Below are positions 18,346-27,103 of a DNA stretch of 64,000 nucleotides, one piece after another. Every line of letters starts with the position of its first letter. Positions within the stretch are counted from its first letter, which is position 1. Made by a program: the position numbers and the translations under genes. The stretch is taken from NCBI GenBank assembly GCA_002373935.1, contig DFKW01000012.1, positions 4,814 through 68,813 on the forward strand, written 5' to 3'. The stretch comes from Alphaproteobacteria bacterium UBA3635 (GTDB lineage Bacteria > Pseudomonadota > Alphaproteobacteria > Rs-D84). Under the pieces are notes generated by a model. The model made no database searches and was not told the origin of the DNA. It saw nothing but the letters and a program-made list of their open reading frames with translations.

Positions 18346-20136
18346 TTAATCTTTATTTCGTCCAAATAAACTTTTAGCAAACCCAGATGTTTTCACAGTT
18401 TTTTGTTGAACCATTTTTGTTGCGTTTTGTAATTTTTTCCGACCACTATTATTCAAATTATCTAATCTTGATTGCGCCACAGTATTTCCCATTTGGGCGG
18501 CTTTTTTATAACTCTTTTTTGCCTTGGCAAACTTACCCATATTTTCATACGCCAACCCCATATTAAAACAAGACGCCGACATCGTTTCATTATCACCGAT
18601 TTCCATCGCCCGCTCAGACATCTCAACAGATTTTTCATAATCGCCACAATGAATATATGTAATTGCCAAATCATTAAACAAATTCGGACTAACACCTTCT
18701 AATTCTATAACCTTGTTAAATCCAATCAGTGCCGAATCCCATTTTTCTTGCCTGTAATCTGCCAATGCGGCCTCGTAAATATGTTGACGACGATTGGCAC
18801 CATACAAAAACAAATCCACATCCGCACAATACGCAAACACGTCATCACGATATTTATCAGATTTTTGAACAACCTGGCACACGGTCATACCATTTGCCAC
18901 AACACCATTACAAATAACACTTTTTGCACGCTTCAATGTAGATTTTGAAAAATCATGTTTTAATTTATCAAAATAGTTATTTGCATACGACACCGCCCCA
19001 GACCGTCTGCAATCAATTTGAACACCAAACATATCGCTACAATAATTATCAACATCCAATAACAACAATATTTCATGCACACGGCGCGATTTTAGTCCCG
19101 GGAAATTTTCCAACCGTTTTACATCGACCGCATCATCAACATTTAATAAATATTTTGCCCATGCCGTTCTGTCACCCGGATGCGCAACAATATATTCACA
19201 AAAATTCTTGCAACACTGTGGCGAATTAAATAACACAGACGCAATCACCGTTAAATCACGTGGGGTCAATTCTATATTTGTTCCCGCCAAAATATCACAC
19301 ATATATTTATTAAACGCGCGACCACCATCCATATAAAAAAACCAACCGGCAATTCCATCATAAACCTCGTTATCGGTCAACGGACGCGGCGCGCCTGATT
19401 TTGTTTTTGGATATTTTTTATACATCGCGGATGCCTTGGCCCACGATGTTGATGTAAAATCATACGGATGTTCGGCATCCGGCACATAATATAAACCCAC
19501 CGCCAAAGTATTTTTATCACCATTTATATAATCACAAAACCAATCTGTTCTGTAATTTTCGGTTGAAAACAAAACCGCCTGGGTGTATGCGAAATTATCC
19601 ATCACCGCCCGTTTTACAGATTGCCTGTCGGTCATTTTTATTTTTTTACCCAATTTATCTTTGATTTGTTTTCTTTTATCCACAACATCAAAAGACACGG
19701 TATTTGCATCTGTTGCCGGACATGATTTTACCTTTGCTTCTTGTTGCCGACCGGTTGATATAATATCTTTATCTGATTTTTTACCCAGGCCATTTACCCC
19801 ACCAATCAGCATCCCCAACATTGCCCACCAAATTGCCAATGCCGATAAATTTGGATTTTGTTTAACAAACGATTGAAATCTTTTTTCATTTCCGTCTTTG
19901 TCATGTCCAACCCGGATTTCAGACAATTTTTTTTCTAATCGACGCATTACTTTATTATCCAGCGCAACGACGCGTCCAATTTGCATCATAAATTCAACCA
20001 ATCCCATACCGACCAACGCCGAACCTTTGATAATTTTTTTTGTTTTAGTTGGCGTATCAATATCAGCGACATGTTTTATTTTTTTACGCACAAACTTAAT
20101 TGGCTTTGCAACCGCGTTGCGATATTTTTCGGTCAT
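18346..20136 (-). CDS. Membrane-anchored protein with a possible GH24 lysozyme-like central region and C-terminal TPR/Sel1-like repeats
   Basis: 596 aa. TM segment LSALAIWWAMLGMLIGGV. STENYRTDWFCDYINGDKNTLAVG has E / D(+9) / T(+17) spacing close to the T4-lysozyme triad, and ...SVLFNSP is also present. The C-terminus has TPR-like repeats (AITYIHCGDYEKSVEM..., GLAYENMGKFAKAKKSY). Confidence 0.6.
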   Translation of the reverse strand: MTEKYRNAVAKPIKFVRKKIKHVADIDTPTKTKKIIKGSALVGMGLVEFMMQIGRVVALDNKVMRRLEKKLSEIRVGHDKDGNEKRFQSFVKQNPNLSALAIWWAMLGMLIGGVNGLGKKSDKDIISTGRQQEAKVKSCPATDANTVSFDVVDKRKQIKDKLGKKIKMTDRQSVKRAVMDNFAYTQAVLFSTENYRTDWFCDYINGDKNTLAVGLYYVPDAEHPYDFTSTSWAKASAMYKKYPKTKSGAPRPLTDNEVYDGIAGWFFYMDGGRAFNKYMCDILAGTNIELTPRDLTVIASVLFNSPQCCKNFCEYIVAHPGDRTAWAKYLLNVDDAVDVKRLENFPGLKSRRVHEILLLLDVDNYCSDMFGVQIDCRRSGAVSYANNYFDKLKHDFSKSTLKRAKSVICNGVVANGMTVCQVVQKSDKYRDDVFAYCADVDLFLYGANRRQHIYEAALADYRQEKWDSALIGFNKVIELEGVSPNLFNDLAITYIHCGDYEKSVEMSERAMEIGDNETMSASCFNMGLAYENMGKFAKAKKSYKKAAQMGNTVAQSRLDNLNNSGRKKLQNATKMVQQKTVKTSGFAKSLFGRNKD

Positions 20137-20153
20137 AGTTTCCCCCCCATAAA

Positions 20154-20519
20154 TTATTTATGTCCCAACCCAGATTTTTTTGCGATTTTCGACCGCACAC
20201 GTGCATAGTTCGGTGCAACAAACGGATAATCATCCGGCAAATCCCATTTTGCACGATATTGCGCCGGCGTCATATTAAAACGCCGTTTTATATACCGTCG
20301 CAACATCACATGCCACGTGCCATCTTCCAAACATTGTATTTTATCAGGCCGCACAGAATCCGCAATTTGCTGGGGCGAAACAGATGCCCCACGCAGTGTT
20401 GCCCGCGCGGCATTTACCGCGTCAACCATCGATAATTTTGGATTATTCGCCATCGCCGCCGCCGCCAAATTGGCAACCGCCAGTGTCCACTCGTTATTAT
20501 TTTTTATACTATTTACCAT
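20154..20519 (-). CDS. Ros/MucR-family transcriptional regulator with a degenerate zinc-finger ligand set
   Basis: 121 aa. IQCLEDGTWHVMLRRYIKRRFNMTPAQYRAKWDLPDDYPFVAPNYARVRSKIAKKSGLG aligns with the Ros/MucR core. Only the first Cys of the C-x2-C...H...H ligand set is kept. Confidence 0.8.
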   Translation of the reverse strand: MVNSIKNNNEWTLAVANLAAAAMANNPKLSMVDAVNAARATLRGASVSPQQIADSVRPDKIQCLEDGTWHVMLRRYIKRRFNMTPAQYRAKWDLPDDYPFVAPNYARVRSKIAKKSGLGHK

Positions 20520-20592
20520 TTGCCAAAAAACCTTTTATTTACTACAATTATACCACAAATAAACAACAAGTAAAATTAAAGTAAAACAAAAT

Positions 20593-21870
20593 ATGAAAAA
20601 CGAAACACGCCCTTTGGCCGACCAAATGCGTCCTGAAACAATCGATGAAATTGTTGGGCAATCCAATTTATTGGGCGAAAATGGATTGATTCGTCGCATG
20701 GTTGATAATCAAAAACTATCAAACATTATTCTGTGGGGACCGCCGGGATGCGGCAAAACAACAATCGCCCGCGCATTGGCGCATACCGTTGACATGGACT
20801 TTGTTCCAATGTCCGCCGTATTTTCCGGTTCGGCGGATATTAAACGCGCGATGGATGCCGCCCGCATGAATCGCGATATCGGCCGTAGCACACTGTTATT
20901 CATCGACGAAATTCATCGATTTAACAAAACCCAACAAGATACATTATTGCCATATTTGGAAGACGGCACGGTTGTGTTCATCGGCGCAACCACCGAAAAC
21001 CCCAGTTTTAATTTAAACAACGCGTTGCTGTCGCGTTGCCATATTGGGGTATTGACGGCATTGGGCACCGACGATTTAATGGTTTTAATCGAACGCGCCG
21101 AAAAATTTTTGGGCAAAAAATTACCACTGACCCGTGATGCAAAAATCCACCTGGCACAAATGGCGGACGGCGACGCACGATTTTTATTAAATACCATTGA
21201 ATACATCAGCAACGCAAATTTCAAACACGACCTGGACAATGATGCGTTAGACAACGCAATACAAAAACGTCCACCATTGTCGGACAAAACCGGTGACGAA
21301 CATTATAATTTAATATCTGCGGTGCATAAATCATTGCGCGCATCCGACACCGACGCGGCGTTATATTGGGTTGCCCGTATGATGACATCGGGCCAGGACG
21401 CAAAATACATTTTCCGTCGCCTTACCCGATTCGCAATGGAAGATGTGGGCTTGGCGGACCCGAACGCATTATCTGTTGCAATCGCCGCATGGAACGCATA
21501 CGAAAGGTTGGGCAGTCCCGAAGGCGATATCGCATTGACCGAGTTAGTTGTGTATTTGGGCACCGCCCCAAAAAGCAACGCATGCGACCGCGCAATTCAC
21601 GCATCATATAAATCTGCGCATGACACGGGCAGTTTGCCCCCACCCAAAAACATATTAAACGCACCAACAAAAATGATGAAAAATATGGGATACGGTGCGG
21701 GATACATATACGAACCGGACACCGCATTGGGTTTTTCGGGTCAAAATTGTTTTCCCGAAAAAATGCAACGCACACGTTTTTATACGCCCGTCGAACGCGG
21801 ATTTGAACGCGAAATAAAAAAGCGTATTGATTACTGGGACGGTTTGCGCGAAAAATTAAACAAAAAATAA
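20593..21870 (+). CDS. rarA: Replication-associated recombination protein A (AAA+ ATPase)
   Basis: 425 aa with Walker A GPPGCGKTT, LFIDEIHRFNK and the MgsA C-terminal domain (HYNLISAVHKSLR). Confidence 0.9.
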   Translation: MKNETRPLADQMRPETIDEIVGQSNLLGENGLIRRMVDNQKLSNIILWGPPGCGKTTIARALAHTVDMDFVPMSAVFSGSADIKRAMDAARMNRDIGRSTLLFIDEIHRFNKTQQDTLLPYLEDGTVVFIGATTENPSFNLNNALLSRCHIGVLTALGTDDLMVLIERAEKFLGKKLPLTRDAKIHLAQMADGDARFLLNTIEYISNANFKHDLDNDALDNAIQKRPPLSDKTGDEHYNLISAVHKSLRASDTDAALYWVARMMTSGQDAKYIFRRLTRFAMEDVGLADPNALSVAIAAWNAYERLGSPEGDIALTELVVYLGTAPKSNACDRAIHASYKSAHDTGSLPPPKNILNAPTKMMKNMGYGAGYIYEPDTALGFSGQNCFPEKMQRTRFYTPVERGFEREIKKRIDYWDGLREKLNKK

Positions 21871-21892
21871 AAAGTGCCAAATGGCACTTTTT
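21869..21892. terminator. Bidirectional terminator between rarA and the OMP gene
   Basis: aaagtgcc aaat ggcacttt flanked by A- and T-runs. Confidence 0.6.
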
Positions 21893-21893
21893 A

Positions 21894-22619
21894 TTAAAAC
21901 AAAATATTCAAATACAACCCGACGGTTGATTCTGATTTTTCCCACTCGTACGCGTATGTTGCGCCATATTGCGTGCGACCAAATTGTTTAACCAATTTTA
22001 ATTTTAACCACTCGCGATCAAAATCGTCGTTTGTCGCAACACGCGCCGTAAATTCGGCACCCGCACGCCAACCGTCAATCATACGGAAATAAACCTCGGG
22101 GATAAAATCGATATACGACATACCACGCGTATCATCAAATACCCATGTTGATTTAACCGTTCCGGCCAAAGTCAGACCTGCCCATTGGCGTCCCACACGC
22201 AGTCCGGCAAAATAACTGGATTTTGCAAAGTCCGGTTCACGCACATGACGATTTCCGGCAAACCGCGCACCGAACAAAACATCCGTTGACACACGCGCCG
22301 AATTATCATCCGCCAATCCCGCACGATATACGCCACCCAATTCAATACTGGAAAAACCGCGTTCTTTGCGCGCACGCACAAAATCAAATTGATAATGCAC
22401 ATTTGCATTTGCCATCAACCGATTATTCAGACCATATGAAAACGATTGTCCCAAACGCAATAAATCATTTCCGTATGTCGCATCTGTTGTCGATAACAAA
22501 TGTTCGGTATCCAACATATACAATGGGTCGGATGTATCAACCGACAACATTTCACCCGCATCTGCGTACGCGGCATGACACACACATACCGCGCACAATG
22601 CACTATATAACCATTTCAT
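21894..22619 (-). CDS. Outer-membrane beta-barrel protein (unknown family)
   Basis: 241 aa with a signal peptide (ALCAVCVCHAAYA), alternating-hydrophobicity strands and a C-terminal ...YLNILF. Confidence 0.5.
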   Translation of the reverse strand: MKWLYSALCAVCVCHAAYADAGEMLSVDTSDPLYMLDTEHLLSTTDATYGNDLLRLGQSFSYGLNNRLMANANVHYQFDFVRARKERGFSSIELGGVYRAGLADDNSARVSTDVLFGARFAGNRHVREPDFAKSSYFAGLRVGRQWAGLTLAGTVKSTWVFDDTRGMSYIDFIPEVYFRMIDGWRAGAEFTARVATNDDFDREWLKLKLVKQFGRTQYGATYAYEWEKSESTVGLYLNILF

Positions 22620-22639
22620 ATTTTATTACCTTTGGCGCA

Positions 22640-23797
22640 TTAAAATTGGAATATAACCTGGGCACCCACAGACCACTCGTGCGGTTTGGATATTTCGACA
22701 TTATATGTCGTCGCCGCGTTCCAATTGTCCGCCGTCAATGGCAAATTACCCGCATACAAATCTAAAACTTTACCTTTGGCACTGTCGTAAATTGATGTTT
22801 TCGCATACAGGTTCAACGCGAACCAATCATTTGGTTGCCAACCGAACGCACCCTTGATAGACGCCTGGTTATGCCAATCATAAAAACCGTACATACCTTC
22901 GACATTTAATGTCCAATCTTCGGCGAGTACCGTCCATACACCGGCACCCAATTCACCCATGAATAATGTTTTATCTGCATCACCATATTTCAACATTCCC
23001 CACGACATTTCTTCTGGAACTTCCATATAATCGCCATAGATGTCACCCTCCATGTCAACAATCCATGCGCGTCCCAAACCATAAATTGTAGATGTTGCAA
23101 CCTTATACCCCAGCTTTAAATCACCGATAAAGTAATCAACGCCATGTTTTTGATGTTCGTAATATCCGGACAAAGTAGAAATCCATTTATCGTTATCAAC
23201 GATACGACCCTGGATACCCAAACCATACAAATTCAAATCATCGTTTTTGTATTTATCTTGGTCACCGGTAGAATTTGTCCATGTCAATTTATCCCAGTTA
23301 TATTTTGCCATACCCTGGATTGCGATACGGTCGGTCAAACCGAAACTGATATCTTCTTTGAGGGACCATTCAGTCAACTTTCTGTCCACATCGGCAAATT
23401 TATATTTACCCTGCATATATTCCAATGTTGTGACCGAACCAAATTGACCCTGTAACGGTTGATAAAACGGATTTGCCAAGAAATATTTGCGTTTCGCCGA
23501 TTTATACACATCCCCCGGCACATATGTACGTTTAGATGTCATAACCGGTGCCGTTTTGACATATCCCGATTCCATATTGTCATACATGCCCGAACGCGAC
23601 ACAGTGTGATGCGCCGCCGAACGGACGCGCGAATCCGAATAAGAATCATACGAACTGCGGTTTATTTTGATTGTATCACCATCCGCATTACGCATATCGA
23701 TACTGGAATACATAGAACTGCGTGACGAGGCCGCCGACGCATCCAACGCCGCAACGCAACCCAACACCGCACAAAAACCAAATAAATTTTTTTTCAT
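22640..23797 (-). CDS. Outer-membrane beta-barrel protein (unknown family)
   Basis: Start MKKNLFGFCAVLGCVAALDASA with RBS aaaggag. It is rich in aromatic residues and Gly and ends ...GAQVIFQF. Confidence 0.5.
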   Translation of the reverse strand: MKKNLFGFCAVLGCVAALDASAASSRSSMYSSIDMRNADGDTIKINRSSYDSYSDSRVRSAAHHTVSRSGMYDNMESGYVKTAPVMTSKRTYVPGDVYKSAKRKYFLANPFYQPLQGQFGSVTTLEYMQGKYKFADVDRKLTEWSLKEDISFGLTDRIAIQGMAKYNWDKLTWTNSTGDQDKYKNDDLNLYGLGIQGRIVDNDKWISTLSGYYEHQKHGVDYFIGDLKLGYKVATSTIYGLGRAWIVDMEGDIYGDYMEVPEEMSWGMLKYGDADKTLFMGELGAGVWTVLAEDWTLNVEGMYGFYDWHNQASIKGAFGWQPNDWFALNLYAKTSIYDSAKGKVLDLYAGNLPLTADNWNAATTYNVEISKPHEWSVGAQVIFQF

Positions 23798-23942
23798 TAA
23801 AAACTCCTTTTCTACCCGGATTATAACACAATTTAATAATCTATAAAAGCCCAAAATTACAATTTTACAAAATGATTAAAATACGCAAAACCACACAAAT
23901 TCTGTCCCAAAGATTATAACGACGAGAAATAAAATAATATTT

Positions 23943-24016
23943 CCACAACTGAACTCTGCACTCTGCAATCGCGGCTCGCCTTTTGGCGAGACGGATGAAC
24001 ACTGTAAACTGTAAAA
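23943..24016. repeat. Heptad-repeat composite element, copy E2
   Basis: ccacaactgaact ctgcact ctgcaat, then hairpin ctcgcc tttt ggcgag, then atgaaca ctgtaaa ctgtaaa. Same architecture as 10511-10583. Confidence 0.55.
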
Positions 24017-24115
24017 TAGTTATAACGGTATAGATGCGCGGTTGTTTGCGAGTGCAGTGTACAAAACGTACATAAACGAGCAAACAACAAGCAGATATGC
24101 CATTATAACTATTTT
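24013..24115. repeat. 103-nt palindromic element, copy A, abutting the ftsK stop codon
   Basis: Outer stem is 13 bp and perfect (aaaatagttataa / ttataactatttt). Inner stem is 9 bp (gttgtttgc / gcaaacaac). The apical 30-mer is shared with 50476-50579 at 27 of 30 nt. Confidence 0.7.
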
Positions 24116-26321
24116 ACAATATGTGGCGTTTGTTATTTGCGTCAGGCGCACTCACCACCCCCTCTTGTTCCATACGTTCCATAAATCCGGCGGCCTTGTT
24201 ATAACCAATGCCCAAACGCCGCTGTATGTATGAAATAGTGGGCTTTTTATCACGCAAAACAATCTCTTTGGCCTGGGTATATAAATCACCATCTTTGGCG
24301 GCTTTGGTTTCTGCGGCCGATGGCGCCCCAGATGCACCACCCTCTTCATCCGCGATATCTGTGACACCGGCGGCATATTCGGGTTCCGCCATATTACGCA
24401 AGAAATCACCAATGCGTGTCAATTCTTCGTCCGAAATAAATGCCGCATGGATACGCACAGGAACGCGGCCCGCCTCGCTGAATAACATATCACCCATTGC
24501 CAGCAATTGTTCTGCGCCCTTTTCACCCAATGTGGTCATAGAATCAATCACACTGCGCGCCTGGAACGAAACACGTGTCGGGAAATTCGCCTTGATAACA
24601 CCGGTAATTGTTGTGGCGTCCGGCCTCTGGGTTGCCATAACCAAATGGATTCCCGCCGCACGCGCCTTTTGTGCAATGCGTTGAACACACGCCTCGACCT
24701 CTTTGCGTGCCAAAGACATCAAATCTGCAACCTCGTCAATAATTATCACGATATACGGCATATCGGACAAATCAACCTCTTGGGTTTCAAACAGTAATTC
24801 ACCGGTCTCTTCGTCCGTTCCGACCGCAACCTGTTGAGTGATTTTTTCACCCGCCTCGCGCTTGGCGGCAACAATTTCATTATAACTTTCGATATTGCGT
24901 GCGTTCACAACTTGCAATTGTTTATAACGTTCCTCCATTTCACGCACCGCCCATTTCAATGCATTCACAGCCGCCGCCGGGTCTAATTTTACAATCGGCG
25001 TAATCAAATGTGGTATGTCATCCCAGAATCCAAAATCAACACCTTTTGGGTCAATAATAATCAGTTTGCATTTATCCGGTGTAAAATGATAAACAATCGA
25101 TGTGATAATCGTTTGCACGAATACAGATTTACCCGACCCCGTGCGTCCGGCAATCAACATGTGTGGCATTTTTGCCAAATCAAAATACATTGGGTTTCCA
25201 CCAATATCCACACCCAACGCCAATGGAATTTTATAACGTGAATTTACAAATATATCGTTTTCAATCAGTCCACGGAACCGCACCGTTTGGCGTTTCAAAT
25301 TCACCATTTCCACACCAATCAGTTGCGTTGACGGAATATGCGCAATACGAATATTTTCCGTCGCCATGGCACGTGTCATATCCTTTACTGTTTTTGTCAC
25401 ATCGGCGATTTTTGTTCCGTCATCTGGCATAAATTCATACAGTGTCACAATTGGTCCGGGCCGAATACCGGTGACAGTTCCATGCACATTATATTGTGCA
25501 AAATGCACCTCCATCGCTTCGGCGTTGCGTTTTAATTCCGGTGTCACAATATTTTTCCCAAATACAGATTTTTCCAAAAACGCCGGATCCGGCAATTCAT
25601 ATTCAACAACCGCATCGGCACGCGCCACACGACGCACGGTGCGTTTTTTCTTTGGCTTTTCTTCAACCTCGGGCTCGTCGGTCTCCTCTTCTGCCTCGGT
25701 CTCTTCTTCTTCATCTTCTATATCTTCACGCATGGGCAAAATATGAAACGCCGACAACACCCATCGAATTGTTCCCCACGCGATTTTTGCCACGCGCACA
25801 ACATAAGACCATTTTATATTCAGCAACACCCCCGCCATCCACAAAAAACCAACAAAAGACAAAACACCAAACGCAATTTGCCAATTACCAACCAACGCAC
25901 CAACATCCGCCGACACAATTGCGCCCAACATACCACCAAACGATGAATTTGGCACCAACATCCCCAAACCCATACATCCCATACACAGTGCGATAAACCC
26001 ACGCAAAATATTATATTCCGGGGTGGCTTCGTCATTTCGTCCACCGATAAAATATACCCCGCCACGCATCAGGCATAAAAACAAAAACATCATCGGAATA
26101 AATCCGAAAACATATCGCATAAACGCGATAAAATTACCCATTATTCCATGACTGCCAAATGTACTGGAAACGGCCCAGCCATCCAAATACGGGTTATGAA
26201 ACACCGCCGCCAAAACCGCAAACACACCAAACACAAACATACACCCGCCCAACAAACGCCAGGCCAAGTCCTTTAACGCCCCAGATAACTTTTCCGGTAA
26301 AAATCTTGATTTTTCACTCAT
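24114..26321 (-). CDS. ftsK: DNA translocase FtsK
   Basis: 735 aa with N-terminal TM helices, an acidic linker, the motor domain with Walker A GRTGSGKS and a gamma winged-helix domain (ISYIQRRLGIGYNKAAGFMERME). Confidence 0.92.
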   Translation of the reverse strand: MSEKSRFLPEKLSGALKDLAWRLLGGCMFVFGVFAVLAAVFHNPYLDGWAVSSTFGSHGIMGNFIAFMRYVFGFIPMMFLFLCLMRGGVYFIGGRNDEATPEYNILRGFIALCMGCMGLGMLVPNSSFGGMLGAIVSADVGALVGNWQIAFGVLSFVGFLWMAGVLLNIKWSYVVRVAKIAWGTIRWVLSAFHILPMREDIEDEEEETEAEEETDEPEVEEKPKKKRTVRRVARADAVVEYELPDPAFLEKSVFGKNIVTPELKRNAEAMEVHFAQYNVHGTVTGIRPGPIVTLYEFMPDDGTKIADVTKTVKDMTRAMATENIRIAHIPSTQLIGVEMVNLKRQTVRFRGLIENDIFVNSRYKIPLALGVDIGGNPMYFDLAKMPHMLIAGRTGSGKSVFVQTIITSIVYHFTPDKCKLIIIDPKGVDFGFWDDIPHLITPIVKLDPAAAVNALKWAVREMEERYKQLQVVNARNIESYNEIVAAKREAGEKITQQVAVGTDEETGELLFETQEVDLSDMPYIVIIIDEVADLMSLARKEVEACVQRIAQKARAAGIHLVMATQRPDATTITGVIKANFPTRVSFQARSVIDSMTTLGEKGAEQLLAMGDMLFSEAGRVPVRIHAAFISDEELTRIGDFLRNMAEPEYAAGVTDIADEEGGASGAPSAAETKAAKDGDLYTQAKEIVLRDKKPTISYIQRRLGIGYNKAAGFMERMEQEGVVSAPDANNKRHIL

Positions 26322-26364
26322 ACCCCGATTATACCATAAAAAATCCTAAAATTAAAGGGAGTTC

Positions 26365-26392
26365 AAAATAAAAACCGACGAAAATTCGTCGG
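26365..26392 (-). terminator. Rho-independent terminator after the PAP2 gene
   Basis: On the minus strand, ccgacgaa tt ttcgtcgg is followed by tttttatttt. Confidence 0.55.
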
Positions 26393-26398
26393 CATTAT

Positions 26399-27103
26399 TT
26401 ATTTTATCCGTCGCACAATCGACAATACAAAATCGGCGGCAACCATACCAATAAACGCACCCAACAAAACATCTGTTGGCCAATGCGCACCAATCGCCAC
26501 ACGCGACAAACCAATTAAAATTGCCAATCCCCATGTTAAAATTTTGAACCGCGGCATCAACATCCCCAACATAACCAAACCGGCAAACGATAATGCGGTA
26601 TGTCCTGACGGCATGGAATTAAATGCCCACTCAAATGTTCCGGGGAAAAACCCGACAATTCCAAATTCATCGAAAAATATAGGACGCGCACGACCAATTA
26701 TAAATTTCAATACCTCGACAACAATACCCGACAAAATCAACGAGCAAAACACCAAAAACGCATTACTGTTTTTCAATTTCGCATACGCATCCCGCGTCAG
26801 AAATTTTATATTAAACCAATGCATATGCGTTGTCGGATCATTTCGCAAATCATAAGTTTTTTTCAAATACATCACAATTGTTGCCAAACCAAAAACAATA
26901 ATCCAAACCTTGGCATCGAAAATATTTGCGAACCAACGCCACGCGACATAATTATATTGCGTCAAAAATAAATACATCGGGATATCATACCATAAAACAC
27001 CCAACACGATTGCCGCCATCACAACCAATGTCGCCACAATCAAAAGTTTCCACCGAAGAGTATTTTGTTTTGAAATAAACATCATCACCACCCTATTCTG
27101 CAA
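26399..27103 (-). CDS. PAP2-family membrane phosphatase
   Basis: KFIIGRARP, MPSGHT and SRVAIGAHWPTDV match the three acid-phosphatase motifs. Multi-TM protein. Confidence 0.75.
   Translation of the reverse strand: MQNRVVMMFISKQNTLRWKLLIVATLVVMAAIVLGVLWYDIPMYLFLTQYNYVAWRWFANIFDAKVWIIVFGLATIVMYLKKTYDLRNDPTTHMHWFNIKFLTRDAYAKLKNSNAFLVFCSLILSGIVVEVLKFIIGRARPIFFDEFGIVGFFPGTFEWAFNSMPSGHTALSFAGLVMLGMLMPRFKILTWGLAILIGLSRVAIGAHWPTDVLLGAFIGMVAADFVLSIVRRIK

Noticed and set aside
23865-24083. 72-aa ORF in the OMP-ftsK spacer
   Set aside because: It lies entirely within the heptad and palindromic repeat elements, has no RBS and has implausible composition.
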